Positions 10,039 through 21,122 are shown, counted from the first letter of the whole stretch. The stretch is DNA of 61,521 bases, filler included, from Candidatus Babelota bacterium (GCA_017999075.1; 14 parts of 14 records of this genome joined end to end with filler, not necessarily neighbours in it); one strand, 5' to 3'. Program-made: numbers and translations. The notes: generated by a model not told the origin, from the sequence alone.

Positions 10039-10505
10039 ATGAAAAAAATTATTATATTTTTTATAATACTGTTTTTTATAAAAAATGTTTTTGCAGGAAA
10101 TTATGAAAAATTTTTGGTATTAAGAAATACGGGGAAACATTTAGAATCATTAAATGAAATTGAATCATTAATTGTTTCTGAACCGGAAAACTACGATTAC
10201 AAACTTCATAAAGCAATTGTTTTAAGCTGGATTGGAAAATATGCAGAAGCAGAAAAAATACTGATGAATATTATAAATAAATATCCCGAATATTATGAAG
10301 CGTATGTTAGCCTCGCCAGAATTTATTTCTGGCAAAATAGGTATAATGAAGCCGAACAATTTATTAATAAATTATTGTCATTAAAACCTGACGACACTGA
10401 ATCAAAAAAAGTTCTTGAGCAAATCAAATATCAAAAGCAAATTGTTTATAATAAAAATATTTTCATAGATAATATTCTTTCCAGCCGCAACGATAACAAA
10501 CAGAT
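10039..10505 (+). CDS. Exported TPR protein, possibly YaiO-like exporter (3' truncated)
   Basis: Signal peptide and TPR motifs (AIVLSWIGKYAEA, LARIYFWQNRYNEA); follows the GT2. Confidence 0.7.
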
Positions 10506-10679
10506 NNNNNNNNNNNNNNNNNNNNNNNNNNNNNNNNNNNNNNNNNNNNTTAATTAATTAANNNNNNNNNNNNNNNNNNNNNNNNNNNNNNNNNNNNNNN
10601 NNNNNAAACTTTCATCAAAAGTAAATGATATGGTTAAGATATTTAAAACCGATTAATTTATAAAATAGAGTTTGAAAAA

Positions 10680-11558
10680 ATGAAACAAACAGATTTTAAA
10701 AAAAACAGGTCAATATATTTTATGATGCTTCCGCATCTTGTTTTTTTTTCTGTATTTTTTTTAATTCCTGCTATCTGGTGTGTTTATCTGAGTTTTTTTA
10801 AATATGATTTGTTTGAAAAAAAATTTGTAATGTTTCAAAATTATTATGAATTGATTTTCAACCATCCGTTATTTTATAAAGCTTTTGTAAATACGGTTAT
10901 TTTTGCAGCGGTATTTACTCCTATATGGCTCATTAAAGCTTTGATAATATCTGCATTAATACAGCAATATCGACTGAAAATACAAACATTTTTTAAAGCT
11001 GTTTTTTATTTACCGCATGTAACATCTGCAGTAGTTTTATCTATGGTATGGTTGTGGATATATAATCCTGAATTCGGATTGCTGAATTATCTGCTATCTA
11101 TTTTAGGCATTAATAAAGTTATGTGGTTAGGTAATCCTGACATTGCAATTTATTCTATTATAATAATGCAGATACTTGTTTCTGGAGGAGCTTCAATAGT
11201 TTTGATTTCGGCTTCAATATCATCTATTCCGAACCATATTTATGACGCTGCAAAATTAGACGGAGCATCAAAATTTCAAATTTTTTTTAGAATTACGCTG
11301 CCATTGATAAAACCTGTTATTCTATATCATGTTATTATAGGTTTAATTGGAAGTTTCCAGGTTTTTTCCAATATTTATGTTATGACCAAAGGCGGTCCTC
11401 AATTCTCCACATTAACTGTTTTATATTTGATTTATGAAACAGCATTTGAAAATTACAGTTTTGGATTAGCATCTGCTCAATCTGTTATTTTAGCCTTGAT
11501 TATATGCGGAATAAGTGTTTTTCAATTTAAGTTTTTTGGAGAAAATATTGAGTACTAA
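10680..11558 (+). CDS. Carbohydrate ABC transporter permease (MalF/UgpA-like)
   Basis: EAA loop IYDAAKLDGASKFQIF; TKGGP. Confidence 0.92.
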   Translation: MKQTDFKKNRSIYFMMLPHLVFFSVFFLIPAIWCVYLSFFKYDLFEKKFVMFQNYYELIFNHPLFYKAFVNTVIFAAVFTPIWLIKALIISALIQQYRLKIQTFFKAVFYLPHVTSAVVLSMVWLWIYNPEFGLLNYLLSILGINKVMWLGNPDIAIYSIIIMQILVSGGASIVLISASISSIPNHIYDAAKLDGASKFQIFFRITLPLIKPVILYHVIIGLIGSFQVFSNIYVMTKGGPQFSTLTVLYLIYETAFENYSFGLASAQSVILALIICGISVFQFKFFGENIEY

Positions 11559-12393
11559 GTTTAATTTTGAAAAAAAACAGACATTTTTTAATTTTATTTC
11601 ATTGTTTATTTTAATATTTTTTTCAATAATTTATTTAACTCCGCTTTACTGGATGACAGTTACTGCGTTTTCTACGCCTGAATCTGCTTTAAAAACGCCG
11701 CCGCAACTTTTTCCGAATCCATTTTTTTTTGGTAATTTTAAAGAAATACTTAATCATCCTGATATTTTCAGGTGGACTTTCAACAGTTTATTTGTATCGT
11801 TCGCAGTAACTGTAATTTATGTATATTTTTCTGCGTTATCAGGATATGTTCTGGCAAAATACAATTTTAAAGGGAAAAAAATTATTTTTTCGACATATGT
11901 GGTTTCTATGATGATTCCGTTTCAGGTTATAATTGTTCCTTTGTATATTTTATCTTCAAAGTTAAATATGTCAGACACTTATTACGGTTTGATTTTTCCT
12001 GCTGTTTCTGCGCCATTCGGAATTTTTTTAATGAAACAGATGATGAATAATTTTCCTTATGAACTTGTAGAAGCTGCTAAACTTGACGGGTATTCAGAAT
12101 TCGGTGTTTTTAATAAGATAGTACTGCCGCTGTCGCTGCCTGGAATAACTACTCTTGCGACTTTTACATTTATTGGGGAATGGAACAGTTTTCTCTGGCC
12201 GCTGATTATAACCGAATCATCAAAAATGAAAGTTCTTCAGGCTGGAATAGTTCATCTTCAGACATCTATGCCTATGAATCATACCTATTTAATGGCTTCT
12301 GCTTTTTATTCTGCAATACCTGTAATTATTGTATTTTTTGCGTTTCAGAAATATTTTTTGAAAGGCGTGAAAATAGGTCAAGTCAATTATTGA
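11548..12393 (+). CDS. Carbohydrate ABC transporter permease (MalG/UgpE-like)
   Basis: ELVEAAKLDG, WNSFLWPL, FQKYF; probable TTG start. Confidence 0.92.
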   Translation: MSTKFNFEKKQTFFNFISLFILIFFSIIYLTPLYWMTVTAFSTPESALKTPPQLFPNPFFFGNFKEILNHPDIFRWTFNSLFVSFAVTVIYVYFSALSGYVLAKYNFKGKKIIFSTYVVSMMIPFQVIIVPLYILSSKLNMSDTYYGLIFPAVSAPFGIFLMKQMMNNFPYELVEAAKLDGYSEFGVFNKIVLPLSLPGITTLATFTFIGEWNSFLWPLIITESSKMKVLQAGIVHLQTSMPMNHTYLMASAFYSAIPVIIVFFAFQKYFLKGVKIGQVNY

Positions 12394-12528
12394 TGCAAAA
12401 AATTGGTCTGAATTTTTGATCTATTCAATCTAAACTATTTTTTATTTTTCTGATGCATTATTTGGAATTAATATATATAATTTTTGTTGATTCTTCAAAA
12501 AATATATATAAAAATGGAGTGTGAAATT

Positions 12529-13545
12529 ATGAATTTTTCAGAAATGATTATTGATAAAATTAATAAAAAAATTAAATCTACCGGTTCTAAAAAAAAACTT
12601 GTTTTACCTGAAAGTTCTGATGTCCGCACATTGAATGCGATTTCTGTTTTGAGTAAAAAAGATTGGCTCGAAGGAGTTATTACTGTCGGAGATAAAAGTC
12701 AGATTGAAAGATTAGTAAGAGAAAATAATATTGATTTTTCTAAAGTTGAAATGATTGATATTAATTCTGATCCTTTAACTGAAAAATATATTAATAAATA
12801 TTATGAAATGCGTAAGGATAAAGGTATTTCTATTGATGATGCTAAAAATATTATAACCAATAATTTGTTTTACGGTGCAATGCTTTTGAAAGAAAATAAA
12901 GTTCAGGGAATGGTTGCAGGAGCATTGAACACTACTGCTGATGTTTTGAGAAGCGCTATTCAGATTGTCAAAACCTGTCCTGGAATAAAAAAAGTGTCGA
13001 GTTGTTTTGCTATGATAGTTCCTGAATGCAGTTTGGGAGCAGAAGGCAGGTTTATTTTTGCCGATTGCGCTGTTTTACCGGATCCTGATTCCGAAACTCT
13101 CGCAGATATAGCAGGTTCTTCTGCAAAAACGTTTGAACTTATTTTTGAAACTAAACCGGTTATTTCATTTTTGTCGTTTTCAACAAAAGGCAGCGCAGAA
13201 CACGCGCTTGTCGATAAAGTTAAAAATGCGGTTAACATAGCAAAACAAAAATTTCCTGGTTTGGAAATTGACGGTGAAATGCAGCTTGATGCTGCCATAG
13301 TTCCTTCTGTAGGTTCGAAAAAAGCTCCTGGAAGTTCTGTTGCAGGCAGAGCAAATGTGCTTATATTTCCTGATTTGAATTCTGGAAATATAGGATATAA
13401 ACTTGTTCAGCGGCTTGCTAAAGCCGAAGCATACGGTCCTATTATTCAAGGTCTTGCCAAACCTGTTAGTGATTTGTCGAGAGGTTGTTCTGTTGAAGAT
13501 ATAGTTAATGTTGGAGCTATAACAGCGCTTGAATCTTATTTATGA
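12529..13545 (+). CDS. pta: Phosphate acetyltransferase
   Basis: LVLPES.D.R, FADCAV.P.P, SFSTKGSA, DGEMQLDAA, PDLNSGNIGYKLVQR, DLSRGCS. Confidence 0.95.
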   Translation: MNFSEMIIDKINKKIKSTGSKKKLVLPESSDVRTLNAISVLSKKDWLEGVITVGDKSQIERLVRENNIDFSKVEMIDINSDPLTEKYINKYYEMRKDKGISIDDAKNIITNNLFYGAMLLKENKVQGMVAGALNTTADVLRSAIQIVKTCPGIKKVSSCFAMIVPECSLGAEGRFIFADCAVLPDPDSETLADIAGSSAKTFELIFETKPVISFLSFSTKGSAEHALVDKVKNAVNIAKQKFPGLEIDGEMQLDAAIVPSVGSKKAPGSSVAGRANVLIFPDLNSGNIGYKLVQRLAKAEAYGPIIQGLAKPVSDLSRGCSVEDIVNVGAITALESYL

Positions 13546-14020
13546 AAATATCAGATAATTTTTACGCAAGACTTTTCAGAACAGGCATATCATTAGCTGC
13601 AGTTTTTATTATAGGAATTTGCGGATATATACTGATTGAAGATATGAGTTTTACAGACGCGTTTTATATGACTGTCATAACAGTCAGTACTACGGGTCTG
13701 TATGTTGGCAACACATTAACTGAACCTGGAAAATATTTTACCGCTCTTTTAGTTATTCTCGGAATAGCCACTTTTGTTCAGGGAATAAATATCATAACGA
13801 CTTTTGTTATGAATGATTACTACAACGCAATGTTTAAAAAAAGGAGACTCTTGAAAATGATATCTAAATTCAATAAACATATAATTATATGCGGATGCGG
13901 AGAACTCGGTTTGGAAATAATAAAAGAAATAAAAAAAAAGGCGAGGAATGCGTTGTTGTTGATAATAATTCAGCAGTAAAACAGTCTTTTTTATCTGAAG
14001 ATATTCAGATACCATTTATC
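13542..14020 (+). CDS. Two-TM potassium channel with TrkA-N (RCK) domain; -1 frameshift at 13931-13940; truncated by contig end
   Basis: DAFYMTVITVSTTG pore helix and HIIICGCGELG RCK start. The -1 frame continues GEECVVVDNNSAVK.. to the contig edge. Confidence 0.8.
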
Positions 14021-14120
14021 NNNNNNNNNNNNNNNNNNNNNNNNNNNNNNNNNNNNNNNNNNNNTTAATTAATTAANNNNNNNNNNNNNNNNNNNNNNNN
14101 NNNNNNNNNNNNNNNNNNNN

Positions 14121-14236
14121 GTTCTGAAGAAAAAGAATTAATTTTAAAATTACATGATTTATATAAAGGAAAATCAATAGAAACAAATGAAGATAATAAA
14201 TCGATTATCGATAGAATAAAGGATGTGTTTAAATAA
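14121..14236 (+). CDS. Probable DnaJ C-terminal fragment
   Basis: Manual translation SEEKDLILKLHDLYKGK..KSIIDRIKDVFK* resembles the DnaJ tail; short fragment only. Confidence 0.5.
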
Positions 14237-14527
14237 ATGACTGATCCGGATATGAAAGATAATCATCCGAAAAACACTGAACCTGAACCGCAAAATAAAA
14301 ATAATTTGAAAGAATTAACAGAAAGCTTGCGTCTTATGTCTATAGTGTCGAATATAGGTTTTACAATGGTTGGCTGTATTCTTACAGGGTTTTTTATTGG
14401 GTTGGCAATAGAAAAATATGTTGTTCATAAAACTAATGCAGTTTATGTAGTTGCCGGGACTATTCTTGGAGTAATAGCAGGGTTTATAAGTATTTACAAA
14501 CATATTTTAAAAAAATTAATTAAATAG
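14237..14527 (+). CDS. AtpZ/AtpI-family small membrane protein
   Basis: IGFTMVGCILTGFFIGLAIEK..GTILGVIAGF two-TM pattern. Confidence 0.7.
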   Translation: MTDPDMKDNHPKNTEPEPQNKNNLKELTESLRLMSIVSNIGFTMVGCILTGFFIGLAIEKYVVHKTNAVYVVAGTILGVIAGFISIYKHILKKLIK

Positions 14528-14547
14528 AATGAGGGATAATATAAAAT

Positions 14548-14781
14548 ATGAAAACGGAAAAGTTTAATTTTGAAGAAGGAGTTAATACTCTTGAAGAAAT
14601 TGTAAAAAAACTTGAATCTCCGGATACAGGGCTTGATGAATCAATAGAAATCTATAAAAAAGGTATGGATATTCTCAATAAGTGCAATAAAAAACTTGAA
14701 GAAGCTGAACTTCAAATTGTTAAACTTACAAAAAATGAAAATAAATCTTCAGGCAACTTGCAGAATACAGAAGAAATATAA
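14548..14781 (+). CDS. xseB: Exodeoxyribonuclease VII small subunit
   Basis: FEEGVNTLEEIVKKLE..LDESIEIYKKGM..C..KLEEAE. Confidence 0.92.
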   Translation: MKTEKFNFEEGVNTLEEIVKKLESPDTGLDESIEIYKKGMDILNKCNKKLEEAELQIVKLTKNENKSSGNLQNTEEI

Positions 14782-14826
14782 TATAATATAATATAATAAG
14801 TAAGATTTTTAGGAGAAAAACCTGAT

Positions 14827-16407
14827 ATGATTAAAAAAAATTTTAAAGCATTATTTATAATTTTATTATTTTTTGGCATATCAAATTCTGCGATTGTTTT
14901 TTCTGCTGAAAAAATAACTGGAAAAACTGATTATGGTTTTGACACTGTAGCAATAACGTTTATTTATACAAATGATATACACGGCCAGATAAAACCATAT
15001 AAATCTGTATGGCTGGATACAGCAAATCCTCCGTTAGTCGGCGGATTTGCTGTATTAAAAAAATATATAGACGATTATAAAAGAAAAAATCCTGATAAGC
15101 TTGTTGTTGTATTTGATGCAGGAGATATGTTTCAGGGAACACCTGAAGGAGATTTGACAGACGGAAGAATAGTTATAGATTGTATGAATTTAATAGGTTA
15201 TTCTGCAGGGACTTTGGGAAATCATGAATTTGACAGGGGTGAAGACAAGCTTATTGAATTATTAAATCGAGTAAATTTTAAAATGCCTGCTGCAAATGTT
15301 GAATGTTCTGAAAAAAATATTGATGAATTTGTTTTTCTGGATTACCCAGAATATAATTTGAAAATCGCGGTTACAGGATTATTGACAACTGAAACTTTAA
15401 GAATAATCGGGAAAGATAAACTTAAAAAATTCAAAATAAAAAAAGAAAGGAGCTCATTACGAAAAACATTAAAAAAAATAAAAAAATCTGAACCTGATTT
15501 GATAGTATGTCTGTCTCATTGCGGAACTGAAGTTGACAGTGGATTAATAAAACGAATTAAAGAAGTTGATATAATTTTTGGAGGACACGACCATAAAGGT
15601 AAAGAAAAGTCAATGAAACGCGATGGAGTGAAAACATTTTTGTTGAGTACATACGGGAAATTATCTTATGCGGGAAAATTTGAAATAGTGTATGATAGAA
15701 TTAATAAAACAATTATATATGATACAAATGTCCTTGTTCCTTTGAAAATAACTGATATAGGGGAAGATTCTGGAATGCTGGAATTTATAGCTGATAAAAG
15801 TAAAGATATAGAAAAGATTATGGATGTTGAAGTCGGATTTTCAGAAGAAGATTTGACAAAATCAAGCGAAGGCGATTCTTATGCTGATTCGAAATTAGGA
15901 AATTTGCTTACAGATATCCTTCGTGAATCAGGAAATGCGGATCTTGCGTTTTATAATAATTCAGGTATAAGAAATAATATTTTGAAAGGAAAAATTATGT
16001 TTCGTGATGTTTATCAGATTGAACCATTCGGGAATACGGTTTTTACAATGGAATTGAAAGGCGGAGATATAAAAGAATTTTTGTCGAACATGGTTAATGA
16101 CGGGTATCACAGCATGCAGATGTCAGGGTTGATTCTAAAATATTATAAAAGTAAAAGCGATAATAAGTATTATATTGAATCATTGACGCTTAATAACGGG
16201 GAAGAACTTAAAAATAATAAAAGATATAAAGTTGCTGTTCCAAATTATATCGGCGGAGCTAATGATGGATATACTCTTTTTGGAAAAGGCGAAGAAAAAC
16301 ATGACACTTTGATTTATATAAGAGATGCATTGAATGATTTTGTAAAAAAAAATAATCCGTATAAATATAATATACCTCCGCGTGTAATTTTTTTAGGTGA
16401 AAAATGA
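14827..16407 (+). CDS. Exported 5'-nucleotidase/UDP-sugar hydrolase
   Basis: TNDIHG, DAGD, GNHEFD, LSH.G, GGHDH, NNSGIR, PFGN; signal peptide. Confidence 0.92.
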   Translation: MIKKNFKALFIILLFFGISNSAIVFSAEKITGKTDYGFDTVAITFIYTNDIHGQIKPYKSVWLDTANPPLVGGFAVLKKYIDDYKRKNPDKLVVVFDAGDMFQGTPEGDLTDGRIVIDCMNLIGYSAGTLGNHEFDRGEDKLIELLNRVNFKMPAANVECSEKNIDEFVFLDYPEYNLKIAVTGLLTTETLRIIGKDKLKKFKIKKERSSLRKTLKKIKKSEPDLIVCLSHCGTEVDSGLIKRIKEVDIIFGGHDHKGKEKSMKRDGVKTFLLSTYGKLSYAGKFEIVYDRINKTIIYDTNVLVPLKITDIGEDSGMLEFIADKSKDIEKIMDVEVGFSEEDLTKSSEGDSYADSKLGNLLTDILRESGNADLAFYNNSGIRNNILKGKIMFRDVYQIEPFGNTVFTMELKGGDIKEFLSNMVNDGYHSMQMSGLILKYYKSKSDNKYYIESLTLNNGEELKNNKRYKVAVPNYIGGANDGYTLFGKGEEKHDTLIYIRDALNDFVKKNNPYKYNIPPRVIFLGEK

Positions 16408-16459
16408 AAAAATAATTTTTTTAGATTGATGTTTTTACAGGGGAATAATTATATAAATT

Positions 16460-16504
16460 AAAAAAGCCGCAACATTGTATTTTTCAATGTTGCGGCTTTT
16501 TTTT
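16460..16504. terminator. Bidirectional intrinsic terminator
   Basis: A6-GCCGCAACATTG..CAATGTTGCGGC-T8 between convergent genes. Confidence 0.88.
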
Positions 16505-16622
16505 AGGAAAATGAATCCGTAAATTATGCTTTCAGAATATAGTTATATTATATATTTTTTTCAGAATTATAACTTATAAATCGGCTGTTTGGAAACATTC
16601 ATATTATAACAGCTTATTAAGA

Positions 16623-17195
16623 TTATTCATCAAACATATCATCATCATCGTCCATCCATCTTCCGCCTCGTTTGCCTGAACGGTTATCTCCGCGGAATCC
16701 GCCTTTTTTGTTTTTAGCTTTTTTAAATTTCTTTTCTTTTTTGGGTTCTGCAGAAACTATTTTATTTAGAAGTTCATCTACATTTTTATCTTTATTTGAT
16801 TTAAATTCCTGTACTTTTGTCTGCATTTTTGAAATATTATATTCCATAAGCTGAACGCGTAAATCATAAGTAGCTGCAATCTTGTCTTTCATTTGTGATT
16901 TAATTGCCGATTTATCCTGTTCTGAAGCTTCATCGTATTTATTTTTTAAATCACGACCTTCTTTTCTTAAATCAACAATTTTATTCTGAATTTCAACTAC
17001 TTTAGGATCAAGTTTCCGTTCTTTGTTGAATTTGCGTTCTTTCATAGAATTCTGCATTTTGTGTTTTGATTTTCCCATCGTCATTTTATCACAATCTTCA
17101 TTATCGCAATTTTTAGGCGCGGCATAAACTGCTGATAACGATAAAACCAATAATAATACTAAAGATGCTAAAATAATTTTGTTAAATTTCTTCAT
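16623..17195 (-). CDS. Exported helical protein (Spy/CpxP-like)
   Basis: Signal peptide, Met/Lys-rich N-terminus, long coiled coil; downstream of a putative anti-sigma factor. Confidence 0.5.
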   Translation of the reverse strand: MKKFNKIILASLVLLLVLSLSAVYAAPKNCDNEDCDKMTMGKSKHKMQNSMKERKFNKERKLDPKVVEIQNKIVDLRKEGRDLKNKYDEASEQDKSAIKSQMKDKIAATYDLRVQLMEYNISKMQTKVQEFKSNKDKNVDELLNKIVSAEPKKEKKFKKAKNKKGGFRGDNRSGKRGGRWMDDDDDMFDE

Positions 17196-17523
17196 TGTAA
17201 CTTACCTCCGTAATAATGTTTGACATAAAATTATCCATATCGGATTTCAATTGGTTTATTTCAGATTCCATATCTGAAAATTCGGTATAGTTTATTTTCG
17301 TTTCACCTCCCTGATGGTTTACGGTTACATTTGTTAATTGAATGTCTGTTTTTTTGTTTACTGAATAATTTTCAATATTTTTTTTTCCTGAATTTACCAC
17401 CAAAATTACAGGTAAAAACAATATAATAATAACCGCAGCAGAATACTTTATAAAATTAGAATTGAAAAATTTAAAAAAAACATTTTGGTTTAAAGTTATT
17501 TCTTTTTTTATAGAATCGAATTT
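17182..17523 (-). CDS. Single-TM protein, possible anti-sigma factor (5' truncated)
   Basis: Frame open to the contig edge with one TM (KYSAAVIIILFLPVILVV); overlaps the start of the Spy-like gene. Confidence 0.4.
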   Translation of the reverse strand, partial: KFDSIKKEITLNQNVFFKFFNSNFIKYSAAVIIILFLPVILVVNSGKKNIENYSVNKKTDIQLTNVTVNHQGGETKINYTEFSDMESEINQLKSDMDNFMSNIITEVSYNEEI

Positions 17524-17623
17524 NNNNNNNNNNNNNNNNNNNNNNNNNNNNNNNNNNNNNNNNNNNNTTAATTAATTAANNNNNNNNNNNNNNNNNNNNN
17601 NNNNNNNNNNNNNNNNNNNNNNN

Positions 17624-17901
17624 CAAAAATAGTTTTGGAGCAATAATATTATGAGAAGTTTCAATCCCGTATAATGCCACTTGTCAGATTCATCAAAAAA
17701 TATTCCCGAACCAAAAACAAATGCGGAAGGAACAAACAAAAATAACAATTTTTTAGAAAAAAAATTGTTATTTTTTTTAATTATCAGCAAAATTAAAAAA
17801 AATAAAATACAAAAACAAGAAACAAGATATAAACTTTTGTTTGAAATAATAAGAAGCAGCGTTAAAATATTAATGACTATAAACAAAAAATAAGGAGTCA
17901 T
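17624..17901 (-). CDS. Membrane protein (3' truncated)
   Basis: Hydrophobic ORF starting 3 bp after the miaB stop. Confidence 0.5.
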
Positions 17902-17904
17902 AAT

Positions 17905-19227
17905 TTATTGATCGCTTATTAATTCTCCGAAAAGAGTCCAGCTTTTCCATGAATTAATCTTTACTTTGCAAAATTTTCCTATAAGCTCCTTATTACCTTT
18001 AAAAATAACAATTTTGTTATGTTCTGTTCTTCCTGTAAGATATTCATGATTTTTAGGGCTTACATCTTCAGTTAACACCTTAACTGTTTTATTTGAAAAA
18101 AACTGATTAAACTGTTCTGAAATTTTTATTTGAAGATCAAGAAGAATTTTATGCCGTTCTTCTATTAGTTTTTGAGGAATAGAATTTTTATAATTGGCAG
18201 ATTCTGTATTTTTTCGAGGTGAATATTTAAAAATAAATGCGCTGCTGAATTTCACATATTCAAGCAAAGAAAAAGTTTCCATAAAATCCGCTTCTGTTTC
18301 TCCTGGAAAACCGGCTATAATATCAGTTGTAAGACTGATTCCATCTATATATTTCTTTAATTTACCAATCAAAGAAATATAGTGCTGCCTGGAATATCTT
18401 CTATTCATAAGTTCAAGGATTTTAGTTGAGCCTGATTGCGCAGGCAAATGCAAATGTCTGCATATGTTATTCGATTCGGCAATTATATCTATAAGTTCAT
18501 CCGATAAATCTTTAGGATGTGAAGTAACAAAACGAAGCCAGTAATCACCTTTTATTGAAACAATTTTTTTAAGAAGTTTCGGAAAAGTGCTTCCGTCACT
18601 CAAATCATTTCCATAAGAATTGACATTCTGCCCGAGAAGAGTTATTTCTTTATATCCATCACTCAGCAATTTTTCAATTTCTTTAATTATGTCATTAAAA
18701 TTTCTGCTTATTTCTTTTCCTCTTACATACGGAACTATGCAGTAAGAACAATAATTATTACAGCCGCTTATTATTGAAACCCAGGCTTGAGTAGAACTTT
18801 CACGTTTGCGGGGAGTTTTGCTTGTCAAAATTCTGCAATCTGATTTAACCGCTGAAACCCTTGTTTTTTTTGATATAATTTCAGTTATTATGTTGGCAAA
18901 ATTATGAATATCCGCAGGTCCTATAACAAAATCAAGATGATTTATCCTGTTAAGAAGCGAATCCCCGTATTCTTGAGCTACACATCCGCAAATTCCAATT
19001 ATCAAATCCGGATTTTTTTCTTTATACTGTTTTAATTCACCTATTCTTCCTATTATTCTATTTTCTGCATTCTGGCGGACTGCACAGGTGTTTAAAATTA
19101 TAATATCAGGATTTTCAATCAAATTATTATATGATGTAATTCCGATTTCATTTAACAATCCGGCAATAATCTCGGAATCATGCTTATTCATTTGACATCC
19201 ATAAGTAAGTATTGAAGCTTTTTTCAT
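17905..19227 (-). CDS. miaB: tRNA methylthiotransferase
   Basis: TYGCQMN, NTCAVR, GCNNYCSYCIVPYVRG radical SAM motif, C-terminal TRAM domain. Confidence 0.96.
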   Translation of the reverse strand: MKKASILTYGCQMNKHDSEIIAGLLNEIGITSYNNLIENPDIIILNTCAVRQNAENRIIGRIGELKQYKEKNPDLIIGICGCVAQEYGDSLLNRINHLDFVIGPADIHNFANIITEIISKKTRVSAVKSDCRILTSKTPRKRESSTQAWVSIISGCNNYCSYCIVPYVRGKEISRNFNDIIKEIEKLLSDGYKEITLLGQNVNSYGNDLSDGSTFPKLLKKIVSIKGDYWLRFVTSHPKDLSDELIDIIAESNNICRHLHLPAQSGSTKILELMNRRYSRQHYISLIGKLKKYIDGISLTTDIIAGFPGETEADFMETFSLLEYVKFSSAFIFKYSPRKNTESANYKNSIPQKLIEERHKILLDLQIKISEQFNQFFSNKTVKVLTEDVSPKNHEYLTGRTEHNKIVIFKGNKELIGKFCKVKINSWKSWTLFGELISDQ

Positions 19228-19268
19228 TTTTTATCTACTGCTGCTGACCCCTCTTTTAAAAAAAATAA

Positions 19269-21022
19269 TTATAAAAACTCTGAGCCTGTCTTGATAATAT
19301 CTTTTATAGAATCATTATCAACAATATCTTTTATGATCTGAAACGGATTTACCGAACCGCTCCGGTTATTTTTTATTTTTATAGTAACTATATCAAAATT
19401 TTTTAATGTTTTAATCGAAAATTCAGAAACGAATTCTTTCAAGTCAATAATTTTATTTCTATCCTTTTTTAAAACAGTAATTTTTGATTCAGAAATATTT
19501 TTAATTTTTTCATATGATATTCCTGAATTTTTATATAGTACAATATTATAAATATTTTGTTCTATTGATTCGGAAATAGATTGTTTTTTATCATTTAATT
19601 TAAAAATACTTTTAAATAAAAGATTTTTATTAAAAAACAGATTCAATTGTTTTCTAACTTTCTCGCAGTCAATTTCTGTTTCAAGGGTAACATCTATTAT
19701 TTCAGATAAACTTATAAATCCAAGTGATAATGCGCCTGAAAACTCTATAAGAGGTTTTTTATTAAACCCTTGCGAATATTTCATTTTCAATCCTGCAAAT
19801 TTAAGCGAAGTTAACAGCAATTTCTGCAAATCAAGGTGGGAGATAAATTTTAATTTATAAGATTTTATATAAACCATTCTGTAAACATATTTTAAATTTT
19901 CATCATTTTTTCCGATTGCAGAAATGGATTTATCCTGATTAGTTTCAACGATACTGGAATTCGTGCCGCATTTTTCTTTTTTATTTATTATTATTTGATT
20001 GGAGCAATCAAGATAATCAGAACATCCATTACATCCGGAAATTCTGCAGTCATCTATTTGTTCTCCGTTTAAAAATTTAAAATATTCTTCTTTTAAAAAA
20101 CTTTTTTTTACACCAATATCAATAAAATCCCACGGAAGAAAAGAATTTATGTCAATAGATTTTGTTAACAATTTGTAATCTGCTCCGGATTGTCTGATGG
20201 CATTGTCCCAGTAATCAAACTTAAAATATTCTGTCCAATTATCCATTTTAGCGCCATTGTTAAAAGCATTAAAAATTATTTCATTGGTTAATTTTCCACC
20301 TCGTGAAATAACAGATTCAACCAGACCCGAATAATAAGAATGCCATATCAATTCTATTTTTTCGTATTTAAGTTTTGAACATAAATATTTTATTTTTTCA
20401 TTAAATTCTTCATACGAAGCATAACTGCACCATTGAAGCGGAGTATGCGGTTTCGGCGTAAAAACAGAAAGACTTACTCTGATTCGTTTTATTTTTCGTT
20501 TACCGTAAAACAACAATGATTTTACTATTGATACAATCCCGTCAATATCTTCAATTGTTTCATCAGGCAAACCAAGCATAAAATACAATTTTATAGTTTG
20601 GTAACCTCTGTCTATAGCAAGTTTTAAAGCAAAATCAATATCTTCATCAGAAAGATTTTTATTGATTTTTTTCCGCATTCTCAAAGAACCTGCTTCAGGC
20701 GCAATAGTTATACTGTTTCTTTTAGTTTCATTAAGATTATATGAAATAAGCCTGTTTAATGTATCAGCTCTCAGAGACGGCACTGAAACTGCAATTTTAT
20801 TTTTGTCCAATTCAGGAATTATATTAGTTAATAAATAATCTATATCAGGATAATCGCTGCTGCTTAATGAAGACAATGTCAGAGAATTAATCCCTGTTTT
20901 TGATATAATCCCGCAGGCAGTATTCATTATTTCATCAGAATCAACAGTTCTAACCGGTCTGTTAATATATCCTGCAAGACAAAATCTGCAACCTCTTACA
21001 CACCCGCGCATAATTTCAATAT
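19269..21022 (-). CDS. B12-binding radical SAM protein (TIGR03960-like) fused to a DUF2344/TIGR03936-like domain (5' truncated)
   Basis: RGCVRGCRFC, TIAPEAGS, FTPKPHTP; C-terminal FISHLD..YSQGFN. Confidence 0.88.
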
Positions 21023-21122
21023 NNNNNNNNNNNNNNNNNNNNNNNNNNNNNNNNNNNNNNNNNNNNTTAATTAATTAANNNNNNNNNNNNNNNNNNNNNN
21101 NNNNNNNNNNNNNNNNNNNNNN

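Noticed and set aside
14237-14527. AtpZ/AtpI-like gene as the start of an ATP synthase operon
   Set aside because: It is followed by xseB and a 5'-nucleotidase; no atp genes on the contig.
14777-14798. ATAAT microsatellite (also near 27826-27840)
   Set aside because: Short low-complexity repeat expected in AT-rich DNA; no supportable function.
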